The notes under the pieces were generated by a model. The model had not been told where the DNA came from. It saw only the letters and a program-made list of their open reading frames with translations, and did not search any database. Positions 28,382 to 42,627 of a DNA stretch of 64,000 nucleotides are shown one piece after another. The first letter of the stretch is position 1. Each line of letters opens with the position of its first letter. The DNA comes from the human T2T-CHM13v2.0 reference genome, Homo sapiens: assembly GCF_009914755.1 (NCBI RefSeq), contig NC_060948.1; one strand, written 5' to 3'. Both the position numbers and the translations under genes were made by a program.

Positions 28382-31300
28382 AATGGAAGGGAGTGTTATG
28401 GAAGGTTCTCGAAAAAAATGGAATCGAATGGAATGGAATTGAATGGAACGGAATAGAGTCGAATGGAATTGAATAGAATGGAATGGACTAGAGTGAAATG
28501 GAATCGAACCACAAGGAATGGACAGGAATAGAATGGTCTCGAATTGAATGGAATCGTATGGAATGGCATCAAACGGAATGGAATGGACAGCCACGGAATG
28601 GAATGCACTCGAATGCAATGGAGTCGAAACTAATGGACTGGAATAGAATGGACTCGACTGGTACGGACTCCAATGGAATGGAATCGAATGGAAGGGAATC
28701 GAACGGAATGGACTCGAAGGGAAAAGACTGCAATGGAAAGGTCTCGAATGGAATGGAAATTAATGGAATGGAATGGAATCGAATGAAATGGAGTCAAAAG
28801 GAATGGAATCGAATGGCAAGAAATCGAATGTAATGGAATCGCAAGGAATTGATGTGAACGGAACGGAATGGAATGGAATCCAAAGGAATGGAATAGAATG
28901 GAATGGAATCGAATGGAAAGGACTCGAATGGAAATCACTCGAATAGAATGCAATTTAATAAAATAGGATCAAATGTAATGGAATGGAATGGAAAGGAATC
29001 GAAACGAAAGGAATGGAGACAGATGGAATGGAATGGAACAGAGAGCAATGGTATAGAATGGAATGGAATCATCTGGAATGGAATTGAATGGAATGGAATA
29101 ATATGAAATGGAATGGAATGGAATGGAATGGAATGCCCTTGAATTAAATGGACTGGAATGGAATGGACTCGAACAGAGTGGAATGGAAAGTGTTGAGATA
29201 GAATGGAATGGACTCCTTTGGAATGGTGTAGTATGCAATGCAATCGACTGGCAGGGAATCAAAAGGAATGTAATGGAATGGATTGGACTGGAATGCAATG
29301 GACTCGAATAGATTGGAAACGGAATGCAAAGGAATGGAATGGAATAGTATGGAATGGAATGGAAAGGAATGGAGTGGAATAGACTAGAGTGGAATGGAAT
29401 GGACTGGAAAGCAATGGACTGGAATGGAACTTTCTTGAATGGACTGGAATCAAACGGAATGGAATGCAATGCAATCAAATGGCATGGAATAAAATAGAAT
29501 GAAAGAGAATCAAATGGAATTGAATCGAATGGAATCGAATGGATTGGAAAGGAATAGAATGGAATGGAATGGAATTGACTCAAATGGAATGGACTAGAAT
29601 GGAATGGATTCGAATGGAAGGCAAAGGAATGGAATCTATTGGAATGGACTGTAATGGAATGGAATGGAAGGGATTGGAATGGACTCGAATGGAATGGACT
29701 GCAATAGAAAGGATTCGAATGGAATGAAAAAGAATTGAATGGAATAGAACAGAATGGAATCAAATCGAATGAAATGGAATGGAATAGAAAGGAATGGAAT
29801 GAAATGGAATGGAAAGGATTCGAATGGAATGCAATCGAATGGAATGGAATCGAACGGAATGGAATAAAATGGAAGAAAACTGGCAAGAAATGGAATCGAA
29901 ATGAATGGAGTGTTATGGAACGGACTCAAAAGGAATTGAATGTAATAGAATGGAGTGGAGTGGACTCGAATATAATGGACTGGAATGGAATGAAATCACA
30001 TGGAATGGGAACGAATGGAATGGAATGGAAAGGAATGGAATCGAATGGAAAGGAATCGAATGGAAGGGAATGAAATTGAATCAACAGGAATGGAAGGGAA
30101 TAGAATAGACGGTAATGGAATGGACTCGAATAGAATGGACACGAATGCTCAAATTGAATGGACTCGAATGGAATGGAAACGAAAGGAATGTCATCGAATG
30201 GAATTGAATCGATTGGAATGAAATCGCATAGAATGGAGTGGAATCAAATGGAATTGAATCGAAAGGAAAGGAAGCGAATGGACTGAAATGAAATGGAATG
30301 GAATTGAATGGAAAGTAATGCAATGGAATAGAATGGAACGAAATTTCACGGAATGGAATCAAACTGAATGGAATCAAATCAATGGAATCTAATCAAATGG
30401 AATGGAAAGGAATTGAAAGGAGTAGATTGGATTGGATGGGATTGGAATGAAATGTACTGGAAAGGACTCGAATTTCATGAAACGGAATGGAATGAATTGG
30501 AACGGAATGGACTCGAATGGAATGGAATGTCATGGAATGGCATCAAATGGAATGGCATCAAATGGAATGGAATCGAATGCAATGGAATGCTATGGAATGG
30601 AATGGAATGCATTGGAATGGAATGTCCTCTAATGGAATGGATTCGAGTGGAATGGCATCGAATATAATGGAGTCGAATGAAATGGAATTGAAAAGAATGG
30701 GATCGAATACCATGGAATATACTGGAATGTAATGTAATGAACTCGAATGTAATTGACTGGAATGGAATGTACATGAATGGAATGTAATCGAATGGAAAGT
30801 AATCCAATGGAATAGAATCTAATGCAATAAAACCGACTCAAATAGAGTAGAATGTAATGGAATGGAGTGCAGTGCAATGGAATGGAATGGAATGGAATGC
30901 AATGGAATGGATTGGAATGGAATGGAATGGAATGGAATGGAATGGGATGGAATGGTGTGGAATGGATAGTAATGGACTGGAGTGAAATGGACTGGAAAGG
31001 AATGGACTGAAATTGAAAGGGCTCGAAAGGAATGGAGTCAAATGGAACGGTCTGGAATGGAATGAATACGAATGTAAGGCAATCCAATAGAATGGAATCG
31101 AATGGCATGGAATATAAAGAAATGGAATCGAAGAGAATGGAAACAAATGGAATGGAATTGAATGGAATGGAATTGAATGGAATGGGAACGAATGGAGTGA
31201 AATTGTATGCAGTAGAAGAGAATAGAATGGAATGCAAGTGAAAGGAAAGGAATGGATTGGAATGGAATGGAATTCATTGGAATGGAAGGGAATGTAGTGT

Positions 31301-34300
31301 AATGGACAGGCCTGGAATAAAGTGGAATGCTACGGTCTCGAATGGAATAAAAATGTATGGAATGGAATGCAATGAAACGGAATCGAATGTCATAGAATGT
31401 AATGGAATGCAACAAAATGGAATCCAAAATCATTGACTGGAAAGGCTGGGTGTCGAAAGGAATTGACTCCAATGGAATGGAATCGAATGGAATGGAAGTG
31501 AATAGAATCGAACTAAATCGAATGGAATGGAATTGATAGGAACGGAATGGAGAGGAATGCAATGATTTGGCATGGAATGCAATCGAATGGCATCGAATGG
31601 AATGGAATGGAATGCAATGGAATGGAATGTATTAGAATGTAATGAACTTTAATGGAATGTACTCGAATGGATTCGACTGGAATGGAATGTTCTGGAAGTG
31701 AATGGACTCCAATGGAATGGATTCAAAAGGAATGGAATCGTACGGAATGGAATCTAATGGAATGGAATTAAATGGAAATGAATCAAATTGAATAGCACGG
31801 AATTGAATTGAATGGAATGGAATGCAATGGAATCTAATGAAACGGAAAGGAAAGGAATGGAATGGAATGGAATGGGCTGGAATGGAAAGGAATCGAAACG
31901 AATGGAATGGAATCGAACTGAAGAGACTGGAATGGAATGCACTGGAATGGAAGGGAGTGTAATGGAAGGTTCTCGAAAAAAATGGAATCGAATGGAATGG
32001 AATTGAATGGAACGGAATAGAGTCGAATGGAATTGAATGGAATGGAATGGACTAGAGTGAAATGGAATCGAACCACAAGGAATGGACAGGAATAGAATGG
32101 TCTCGAATTGAATGGAATCGTATGGAATGGCATCAAACGGAATGGAATGGACAGCCACGGAATGGAATGCACTCGAATGCAATGGAGTCGAAACTAATGG
32201 ACTGGAATAGAATGGACTCGACTGGTACGGACTCCAATGGAATGGAATCGAATGGAAGGGAATCGAACGGAATGGACTCGAAGGGAAAAGACTGCAATGG
32301 AAAGGTCTCGAATGGAATGGAAATTAATGGAATGGAATGGAATCGAATGAAATGGAGTCAAAAGGAATGGAATCGAATGGCAAGAAATCGAATGTAATGG
32401 AATCGCAAGGAATTGATGTGAACGGAACGGAATGGAATGGAATCCAAAGGAATGGAATAGAATGGAATGGAATCGAATGGAAAGGACTCGAATGGAAATC
32501 ACTCGAATAGAATGCAATTTAATAAAATAGGATCAAATGTAATGGAATGGAATGGAAAGGAATCGAAACGAAAGGAATGGAGACAGATGGAATGGAATGG
32601 AACAGAGAGCAATGGTATAGAATGGAATGGAATCATCTGGAATGGAATTGAATGGAATGGAATAATATGAAATGGAATGGAATGGAATGGAATGGAATGC
32701 CCTTGAATTAAATGGACTGTAATGGAATGGACTCGAACAGAGTGGAATGGAAAGTGTTGAGATAGAATGGAATGGACTCGTTTGGAATGGTCTAGTATGC
32801 AATGCAATCGACTGGCAGGGAATCAAAAGGAATGTAATGGAATGGATTGGACTGGAATGCAATGGACTCGAATAGATTGGAAACGGAATGCAAAGGAATG
32901 GAATGGAATAGTATGGAATGGAATGGAAAGGAATGGAGTGGAATAGACTAGAGTGGAATGGAATGGACTGGAAAGCAATAGACTGGAATGGAACTTTCTT
33001 GAATGGACTGGAATCAAACGGAATGGAATGCAATGCAATCAAATGGCATGGAATAAAATAGAATGAAAGAGAATCAAATGGAATTGAATCGAATGGAATC
33101 GAATGGATTGGAAAGGAATAGAATGGAATGGAATGGAATTGACTCAAATGGAATGGACTAGAATGGAATGGATTCGAATGGAAGGCAAAGGAATGGAATC
33201 TATTGGAATGGACTGTAATGGAATGGAATGGAAGGGATTGGAATGGACTCGAATGGAATGGACTGCAATAGAAAGGATTCGAATGGAATGAAAAAGAATT
33301 GAATGGAATAGAACAGAATGGAATCAAATCGAATGAAATGGAGTGGAATAGAAAGGAATGGAATGAAATGGAATGGAAAGGATTCGAATGGAATGCAATC
33401 GAATGGAATGGAATCGAACGGAATGGAATAAAATGGAAGAAAACTGGCAAGAAATGGAATCGAAATGAATGGAGTGTTATGGAACGGACTCAAAAGGAAT
33501 TGAATGTAATAGAATGGAGTGGAGTGGACTCGAATATAATGGACTGGAATGGAATGAAATCACATGGAATGGGAACGAATGGAATGGAATGGAAAGGAAT
33601 GGAATCGAATGGAAAGGAATCGAATGGAAGGGAATGAAATTGAATCAACAGGAATGGAAGGGAATAGAATAGACGGTAATGGAATGGACTCGAATAGAAT
33701 GGACACGAATGCTCAAATTGAATGGACTCGAATGGAATGGAAACGAAAGGAATGTCATCGAATGGAATTGAATCGATTGGAATGAAATCGCATAGAATGG
33801 AGTGGAATCAAATGGAATTGAATCGAAAGGAAAGGAAGCGAATGGACTGAAATGAAATGGAATGGAATTGAATGGAAAGTAATGCAATGGAATAGAATGG
33901 AACGAAATTTCACGGAATGGAATCAAACTGAATGGAATCAAATCAATGGAATCAAATCAAATGGAATGGAAAGGAATTGAATGGAGTAGATTGGATTGGA
34001 TGGGATTGGAATGAAATGTACTGGAAAGGACTCGAATTTCATGAAACGGAATGGAATGAATTGGAACGGAATGGACTCGAATGGAATGGAATGTCATGGA
34101 ATGGCATCAAATGGAATGGCATCAAATGGAATGGAATCGAATGCAATGGAATGCTATGGAATGGAATGGAATGCATTGGAATGGAATGTCCTCTAATGGA
34201 ATGGATTCGAGTGGAATGGAATCGAATATAATGGAGTCGAATGAAATGGAATTGAAAAGAATGGGATCGAATACAATGGAATATACTGGAATGTAATGTA

Positions 34301-37300
34301 ATGAACTCGAATGTAATTGACTGGAATGGAATGTACATGAATGGAATGTAATCGAATGGAAAGTAATCCAATGGAATAGAAACTAATGCAATAAAATCGA
34401 CTCAAATAGAGTAGAATGTAATGGAATGGAGTGCAGTGCAATGGAATGGAATGGAATGGAATGCAATGGAATGGAATGGAATGTTATGGAATGGAATGGA
34501 ATGGATTGGAATGGGATGGAATGGTATGGAATGGATAGTAATGGACTGGAGTGAAATGGACTGGAAAGGAATGGACTCAAATTGAAAGGGCTCGAAAGGA
34601 ATGGAGTCAAATGGAATAGTCTGGAATGGAATGAACACGAATGTAATGCAATCCAATAGAATGTAATCGAATGGCATGGAATATAAAGAAATGGAATCGA
34701 AGAGAATGGAAACAAATGGAATGGAATTGAATGGAATGGAATTGAATGGAATGGGAACGAATGGAGTGAAATTGTATGCAGTAGAAGAGAATAGAATGGA
34801 ATGCAAGCGAAAGGAAAGGAATGGATTGGAATGGAATGGAATTCATTGGAATGGAAGGGAATGTAGTGTAATGGACAGGCCTGGAATAAAGTGGAATGCT
34901 ACGGTCTCGAATGGAATAAAAATGTATGGAATGGAATGCAATGAAAGGGAATCGAATGTCATAGAATGTAATGGAATGCAACAAAATGGAATCCAAAATC
35001 ATTGACTGGAAAGGCTGGGTGTCGAAAGGAATTGACTCCAATGGAATGGAATCGAATGGAATGGAAGTGAATAGAATCGAACTAAATCGAATGGAATGGA
35101 ATTGATAGGAACGGAATGGAGAGGAATGCAATGATTTGGCATGGAATGCAATCGAATGGCATCGAATGGAATGGAATGGAATGGAATGCAATGGAATGGA
35201 ATGTATTAGAATGTAATGAACTTTAATGGAATGTACTCGAATGGATTCGACTGGAATGGAATGTTCTGGAAGTGAATGGACTCCAATGGAATGGATTCAA
35301 AAGGAATGGAATCGTACGGAATGGAATCTAATGGAATGGAATTAAATGGAAATGAATCAAATTGAATAGCACGGAATTGAATTGAATGGAATGGAATGCA
35401 ATGGAATCTAATGAAACGGAAAGGAAAGGAATGGAATGGAATGGAATGGGCTGGAATGGAAAGGAATCGAAACGAATGGAATGGAATCGAACTGAAGAGA
35501 CTGGAATGGAATGCACTGGAATGGAAGGGAGTGTAATGGAAGGTTCTCGAAAAAAATGGAATCGAATGGAATGGAATTGAATGGAACGGAATAGAGTCGA
35601 ATGGAATTGAATGGAATGGAATGGACTAGAGTGAAATGGAATCGAACCACAAGGAATGGACAGGAATAGAATGGTCTCGAATTGAATGGAATCGTATGGA
35701 ATGGCATCAAACGGAATGGAATGGACAGCCACGGAATGGAATGCACTCGAATGCAATGGAGTCGAAACTAATGGACTGGAATAGAATGGACTCGACTGGT
35801 ACGGACTCCAATGGAATGGAATCGAATGGAAGGGAATCGAACGGAATAGACTCGAAGGGAAAAGACTGCAATGGAAAGGTCTCGAATGGAATGGAAATTA
35901 ATGGAATGGAATGGAATCGAATGAAATGGAGTCAAAAGGAATGGAATCGAATGGCAAGAAATCGAATGTAATGGAATCGCAAGGAATTGATGTGAACGGA
36001 ACGGAATGGAATGGAATCCAAAGGAATGGAATAGAATGGAATGGAATCGAATGGAAAGGACTCGAATGGAAATCACTCGAATAGAATGCAATTTAATAAA
36101 ATAGGATCAAATGTAATGGAATGGAATGGAAAGGAATCGAAACGAAAGGAATGGAGACAGATGGAATGGAATGGAACAGAGAGCAATGGTATAGAATGGA
36201 ATGGAATCATCTGGAATGGAATTGAATGGAATGGAATAATATGAAATGGAATGGAATGGAATGCCCTTGAATTAAATGGACTGTAATGGAATGGACTCGA
36301 ACAGAGTGGAATGGAAAGTGTTGAGATATAATGGAATGGACTCGTTTGGAATGGTCTAGTATGCAATGCAATCGACTGGCAGGGAATCAAAAGGAATGTA
36401 ATGGAATGGATTGGACTGGAATGCAATGGACTCGAATAGATTGGAAACGGAATGCAAAGGAATGGAATGGAATAGTATGGAATGGAATGGAAAGGAATGG
36501 AGTGGAATAGACTAGAGTGGAATGGAATGGACTGGAAAGCAATAGACTGGAATGGAACTTTCTTGAATGGACTGGAATCAAACGGAATGGAATGCAATGC
36601 AATCAAATGGCATGGAATAAAATAGAATGAAAGAGAATCAAATAGAATTGAATCGAATGGAATCGAATGGATTGGAAAGGAATAGAATGGAATGGAATGG
36701 AATTGACTCAAATGGAATGGACTAGAATGGAATTTATTCGAATGGAAGGCAAAGGAATGGAATCTATTGGAATGGACTGTAATGGAATGGAATGGAAGGG
36801 ATTGGAATGGACTCGAATGGAATGGACTGCAATAGAAAGGATTCGAATGGAATGAAAAAGAATTGAATGGAATAGAACAGAATGGAATCAAATCGAATGA
36901 AATGGAGTGGAATAGAAAGGAATGGAATGAAATGGAATGGAAAGGATTCGAATGGAATGCAATCGAATGGAATGGAATCGAACGGAATGGAATAAAATGG
37001 AAGAAAACTGGCAAGAAATGGAATCGAAATGAATGGAGTGTTATGGAACGGACTCAAAAGGAATTGAATGTAATAGAATGGAGTGGAGTGGACTCGAATA
37101 TAATGGACTGGAATGGAATGAAATCACATGGAATGGGAACGAATGGAATGGAATGGAAAGGAATGGAATCGAATGGAAAGGAATCGAATGGAAGGGAATG
37201 AAATTGAATCAACAGGAATGGAAGGGAATAGAATAGACGGTAATGGAATGGACTCGAATAGAATGGACACGAATGCTCAAATTGAATGGACTCGAATGGA

Positions 37301-40300
37301 ATGGAAACGAAAGGAATGTCATCGAATGGAATTGAATCGATTGGAATGAAATCGCATAGAATGGAGTGGAATCAAATGGAATTGAATCGAAAGGAAAGGA
37401 AGCGAATGGACTGAAATGAAATGGAATGGAATTGAATGGAAAGTAATGCAATGGAATAGAATGGAACGAAATTTCACGGAATGGAATCAAACTGAATGGA
37501 ATCAAATCAATGGAATCAAATCAAATGGAATGGAAAGGAATTGAATGGAGTAGATTGGATTGGATGGGATTGGAATGAAATGTACTGGAAAGGACTCGAA
37601 TTTCATGAAACGGAATGGAATGAATTGGAACGGAATGGACTCGAATGGAATGGAATGTCATGGAATGGCATCAAATGGAATGGCATCAAATGGAATGGAA
37701 TCGAATGCAATGGAATGCTATGGAATGGAATGGAATGCATTGGAATGGAATGTCCTCTAATGGAATGGATTCGAGTGGAATGGAATCGAATATAATGGAG
37801 TCGAATGAAATGGAATTGAAAAGAATGGGATCGAATACAATGGAATATACTGGAATGTAATGTAATGAACTCGAATGTAATTGACTGGAATGGAATGTAC
37901 ATGAATGGAATGTAATCGAATGGAAAGTAATCCAATGGAATAGAAACTAATGCAATAAAATCGACTCAAATAGAGTAGAATGTAATGGAATGGAGTGCAG
38001 TGCAATGGAATGGAATGGAATGGAATGCAATGGAATGGAATGGAATGTTATGGAATGGAATGGAATGGATTGGAATGGGATGGAATGGTATGGAATGGAT
38101 AGTAATGGACTGGAGTGAAATGGACTGGAAAGGAATGGACTCAAATTGAAAGGGCTCGAAAGGAATGGAGTCAAATGGAATAGTCTGGAATGGAATGAAC
38201 ACGAATGTAATGCAATCCAATAGAATGTAATCGAATGGCATGGAATATAAAGAAATGGAATCGAAGAGAATGGAAACAAATGGAATGGAATTGAATGGAA
38301 TGGAATTGAATTTAATGGGAACGAATGGAGTGAAATTGTATGCAGTAGAAGAGAATAGAATGGAATGCAAGCGAAAGGAAAGGAATGGATTGGAATGGAA
38401 TGGAATTCATTGGAATGGAAGGGAATGTAGTGTAATGGACAGGCCTGGAATAAAGTGGAATGCTACGGTCTCGAATGGAATAAAAATGTATGGAATGGAA
38501 TGCAATGAAACGGAATCGAATGTCATAGAATGTAATGGAATGCAAAAAAATGGAATCCAAAATCATTGACTGGAAAGGCTGGGTGTCGAAAGGAATTGAC
38601 TCCAATGGAATGGAATCGAATGGAATGGAAGTGAATAGAATCGAACTAAATCGAATGGAATGGAATTGATAGGAACGGAATGGAGAGGAATGCAATGATT
38701 TGGCATGGAATGCAATCGAATGGCATCGAATGGAATGGAATGGAATGCAATGGAATGGAATGTATTAGAATGTAATGAACTTTAATGGAATGTACTCGAA
38801 TGGATTCGACTGGAATGGAATGTTCTGGAAGTGAATGGACTCCAATGGAATGGATTCAAAAGGAATGGAATCGTACGGAATGGAATCTAATGGAATGGAA
38901 TTAAATGGAAATGAATCAAATTGAATAGCACGGAATTGAATTGAATGGAATGGAATGCAATGGAATCTAATGAAACGGAAAGGAAAGGAATGGAATGGAA
39001 TGGAATGGGCTGGAATGGAAAGGAATCGAAACGAATGGAATGGAATCGAACTGAAGAGACTGGAATGGAATGCACTGGAATGGAAGGGAGTGTAATGGAA
39101 GGTTCTCGAAAAAAATGGAATCGAATGGAATGGAATTGAATGGAACGGAATAGAGTCGAATGGAATTGAATGGAATGGAATGGACTAGAGTGAAATGGAA
39201 TCGAACCACAAGGAATGGACAGGAATAGAATGGTCTCGAATTGAATGGAATCGTATGGAATGGCATCAAACGGAATGGAATGGACAGCCACGGAATGGAA
39301 TGCACTCGAATGCAATGGAGTCGAAACTAATGGACTGGAATAGAATGGACTCGACTGGTACGGACTCCAATGGAATGGAATCGAATGGAAGGGAATCGAA
39401 CGGAATGGACTCGAAGGGAAAAGACTGCAATGGAAAGGTCTCGAATGGAATGGAAATTAATGGAATGGAATGGAATCGAATGAAATGGAGTCAAAAGGAA
39501 TGGAATCGAATGGCAAGAAATCGAATGTAATGGAATCGCAAGGAATTGATGTGAACGGAACGGAATGGAATGGAATCCAAAGGAATGGAATAGAATGGAA
39601 TGGAATCGAATGGAAAGGACTCGAATGGAAATCACTCGAATAGAATGCAATTTAATAAAATAGGATCAAATGTAATGGAATGGAATGGAAAGGAATCGAA
39701 ACGAAAGGAATGGAGACAGATGGAATGGAATGGAACAGAGAGCAATGGTATAGAATGGAATGGAATCATCTGGAATGGAATTGAATGGAATGGAATAATA
39801 TGAAATGGAATGGAATGGAATGCCCTTGAATTAAATGGACTGTAATGGAATGGACTCGAACAGAGTGGAATGGAAAGTGTTGAGATAGAATGGAATGGAC
39901 TCGTTTGGAATGGTCTAGTATGCAATGCAATCGACTGGCAGGGAATCAAAAGGAATGTAATGGAATGGATTGGACTGGAATGCAATGGACTCGAATAGAT
40001 TGGAAACGGAATGCAAAGGAATGGAATGGAATAGTATGGAATGGAATGGAAAGGAATGGAGTGGAATAGACTAGAGTGGAATGGAATGGACTGGAAAGCA
40101 ATAGACTGGAATGGAACTTTCTTGAATGGACTGGAATCAAACGGAATGGAATGCAATGCAATCAAATGGCATGGAATAAAATAGAATGAAAGAGAATCAA
40201 ATGGAATTGAATCGAATGGAATCGAATGGATTGGAAAGGAATAGAATGGAATGGAATGGAATTGACTCAAATGGAATGGACTAGAATGGAATGGATTCGA

Positions 40301-42627
40301 ATGGAAGGCAAAGGAATGGAATCTATTGGAATGGACTGTAATGGAATGGAATGGAAGGGATTGGAATGGACTCGAATGGAATGGACTGCAATAGAAAGGA
40401 TTCGAATGGAATGAAAAAGAATTGAATGGAATAGAACAGAATGGAATCAAATCGAATGAAATGGAGTGGAATAGAAAGGAATGGAATGAAATGGAATGGA
40501 AAGGATTCGAATGGAATGCAATCGAATGGAATGGAATCGAACGGAATGGAATAAAATGGAAGAAAACTGGCAAGAAATGGAATCGAAATGAATGGAGTGT
40601 TATGGAACGGACTCAAAAGGAATTGAATGTAATAGAATGGAGTGGAGTGGACTCGAATATAATGGACTGGAATGGAATGAAATCACATGGAATGGGAACG
40701 AATGGAATGGAATGGAAAGGAATGGAATCGAATGGAAAGGAATCGAATGGAAGGGAATGAAATTGAATCAACAGGAATGGAAGGGAATAGAATAGACGGT
40801 AATGGAATGGACTCGAATAGAATGGACACGAATGCTCAAATTGAATGGACTCGAATGGAATGGAAACGAAAGGAATGTCATCGAATGGAATTGAATCGAT
40901 TGGAATGAAATCGCATAGAATGGAGTGGAATCAAATGGAATTGAATCGAAAGGAAAGGAAGCGAATGGACTGAAATGAAATGGAATGGAATTGAATGGAA
41001 AGTAATGCAATGGAATAGAATGGAACGAAATTTCACGGAATGGAATCAAACTGAATGGAATCAAATCAATGGAATCAAATCAAATGGAATGGAAAGGAAT
41101 TGAATGGAGTAGATTGGATTGGATGGGATTGGAATGAAATGTACTGGAAAGGACTCGAATTTCATGAAACGGAATGGAATGAATTGGAACGGAATGGACT
41201 CGAATGGAATGGAATGTCATGGAATGGCATCAAATGGAATGGCATCAAATGGAATGGAATCGAATGCAATGGAATGCTATGGAATGGAATGGAATGCATT
41301 AGAATGGAATGTCCTCTAATGGAATGGATTCGAGTGGAATGGAATCGAATATAATGGAGTCCAATGAAATGGAATTGAAAAGAATGGGATCGAATACAAT
41401 GGAATATACTGGAATGTAATGTAATGAACTCGAATGTAATTGACTGGAATGGAATGTACATGAATGGAATGTAATCGAACGGAAAGTAATCCAATGGAAT
41501 AGAATCTAATGCAATAAAATCGACTCAGATAGAGTAGAATGTAATGGAATGGAGTGCAGTGCAATGGAATGGAATGGAATGGAATGCAATGGAATGGAAT
41601 GGAATGGAATGGAATGGAATGGAATGGAATGGAATGGTGTGGAATGGATAGTAATGGACTGGAGTGAAATGGACTGGAAAGGAATGGACTCAAATTGAAT
41701 GGGCTCGAAAGGAATGGAGTCAAATGGAATGGTCTGGAATGGAATGAACACGAATGTAATGCAATCCAATAGAATGGAATCGAATGGCATGGAATATAAA
41801 GAAATGGAATCGAAGAGAATGGAAACAAATGGAATGGAATTGAGTGGAATGGAATTGAATGGAATGGGAACCAATGGAGTGAAATTGTATGCAGTAGAAG
41901 AGAATAGAATGGAATGCAAGCGAAAGGAAAGGAATGGATTGGAATGGAATGGAATTCATTGGAATGGAAGGGAATGTAGTGTAATGGACAGGCCTGGAAT
42001 AAAGTGGAATGCTACGGTCTCGAATGGAATAAAAATGTATGGAATGGAATGCAATGAAACGGAATCGAATGTCATAGAATGTAATGGAATGCAAAAAAAT
42101 GGAATCCAAAATCATTGACTGGAAAGGCTGGGTGTCGAAAGGAATTGACTCCAATGGAATGGAATCGAATGGAATGGAAGTGAATAGAATCGAACTAAAT
42201 CGAATGGAATGGAATTGATAGCAACGGAATGGAAAGGAATGCAATGATTTGGCATGGAATGGAATCGAATGGCATCGAATGGAATGGAATGGAATGCAAT
42301 GGAATGGAATGTATTAGAATGTAATGAACTTTAATGGAATGTACTCGAATGGATTCGACTGGAATGGAATGTTCTGGAAGTGAATGGACTCCAATGGAAT
42401 GGATTCAAAAGGAATGGAATCGTACGGAATGGAATCTAATGGAATGGAATTAAATGGAAATGAATCAAATTGAATAGCACGGAATTGAATTGAATGGAAT
42501 CGAATGCAATGGAATCTAATGAAACGGAAAGGAAAGGAATGGAATGGAATGGAATGGGCTGGAATGGAAAGGAATCGAAACGAATGGAATGGAATCGAAC
42601 TGAAGAGACTGGAATGGAATGCACTGG
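28382..42627 (+). repeat. DYZ1 units 9-12 (3564, 3574, 3559, 3549 bp)
   Basis: Anchors 28382, 31946, 35520, 39079, 42628. StuI at 31308, 34877, 38441, 41990. Confidence 0.9.
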
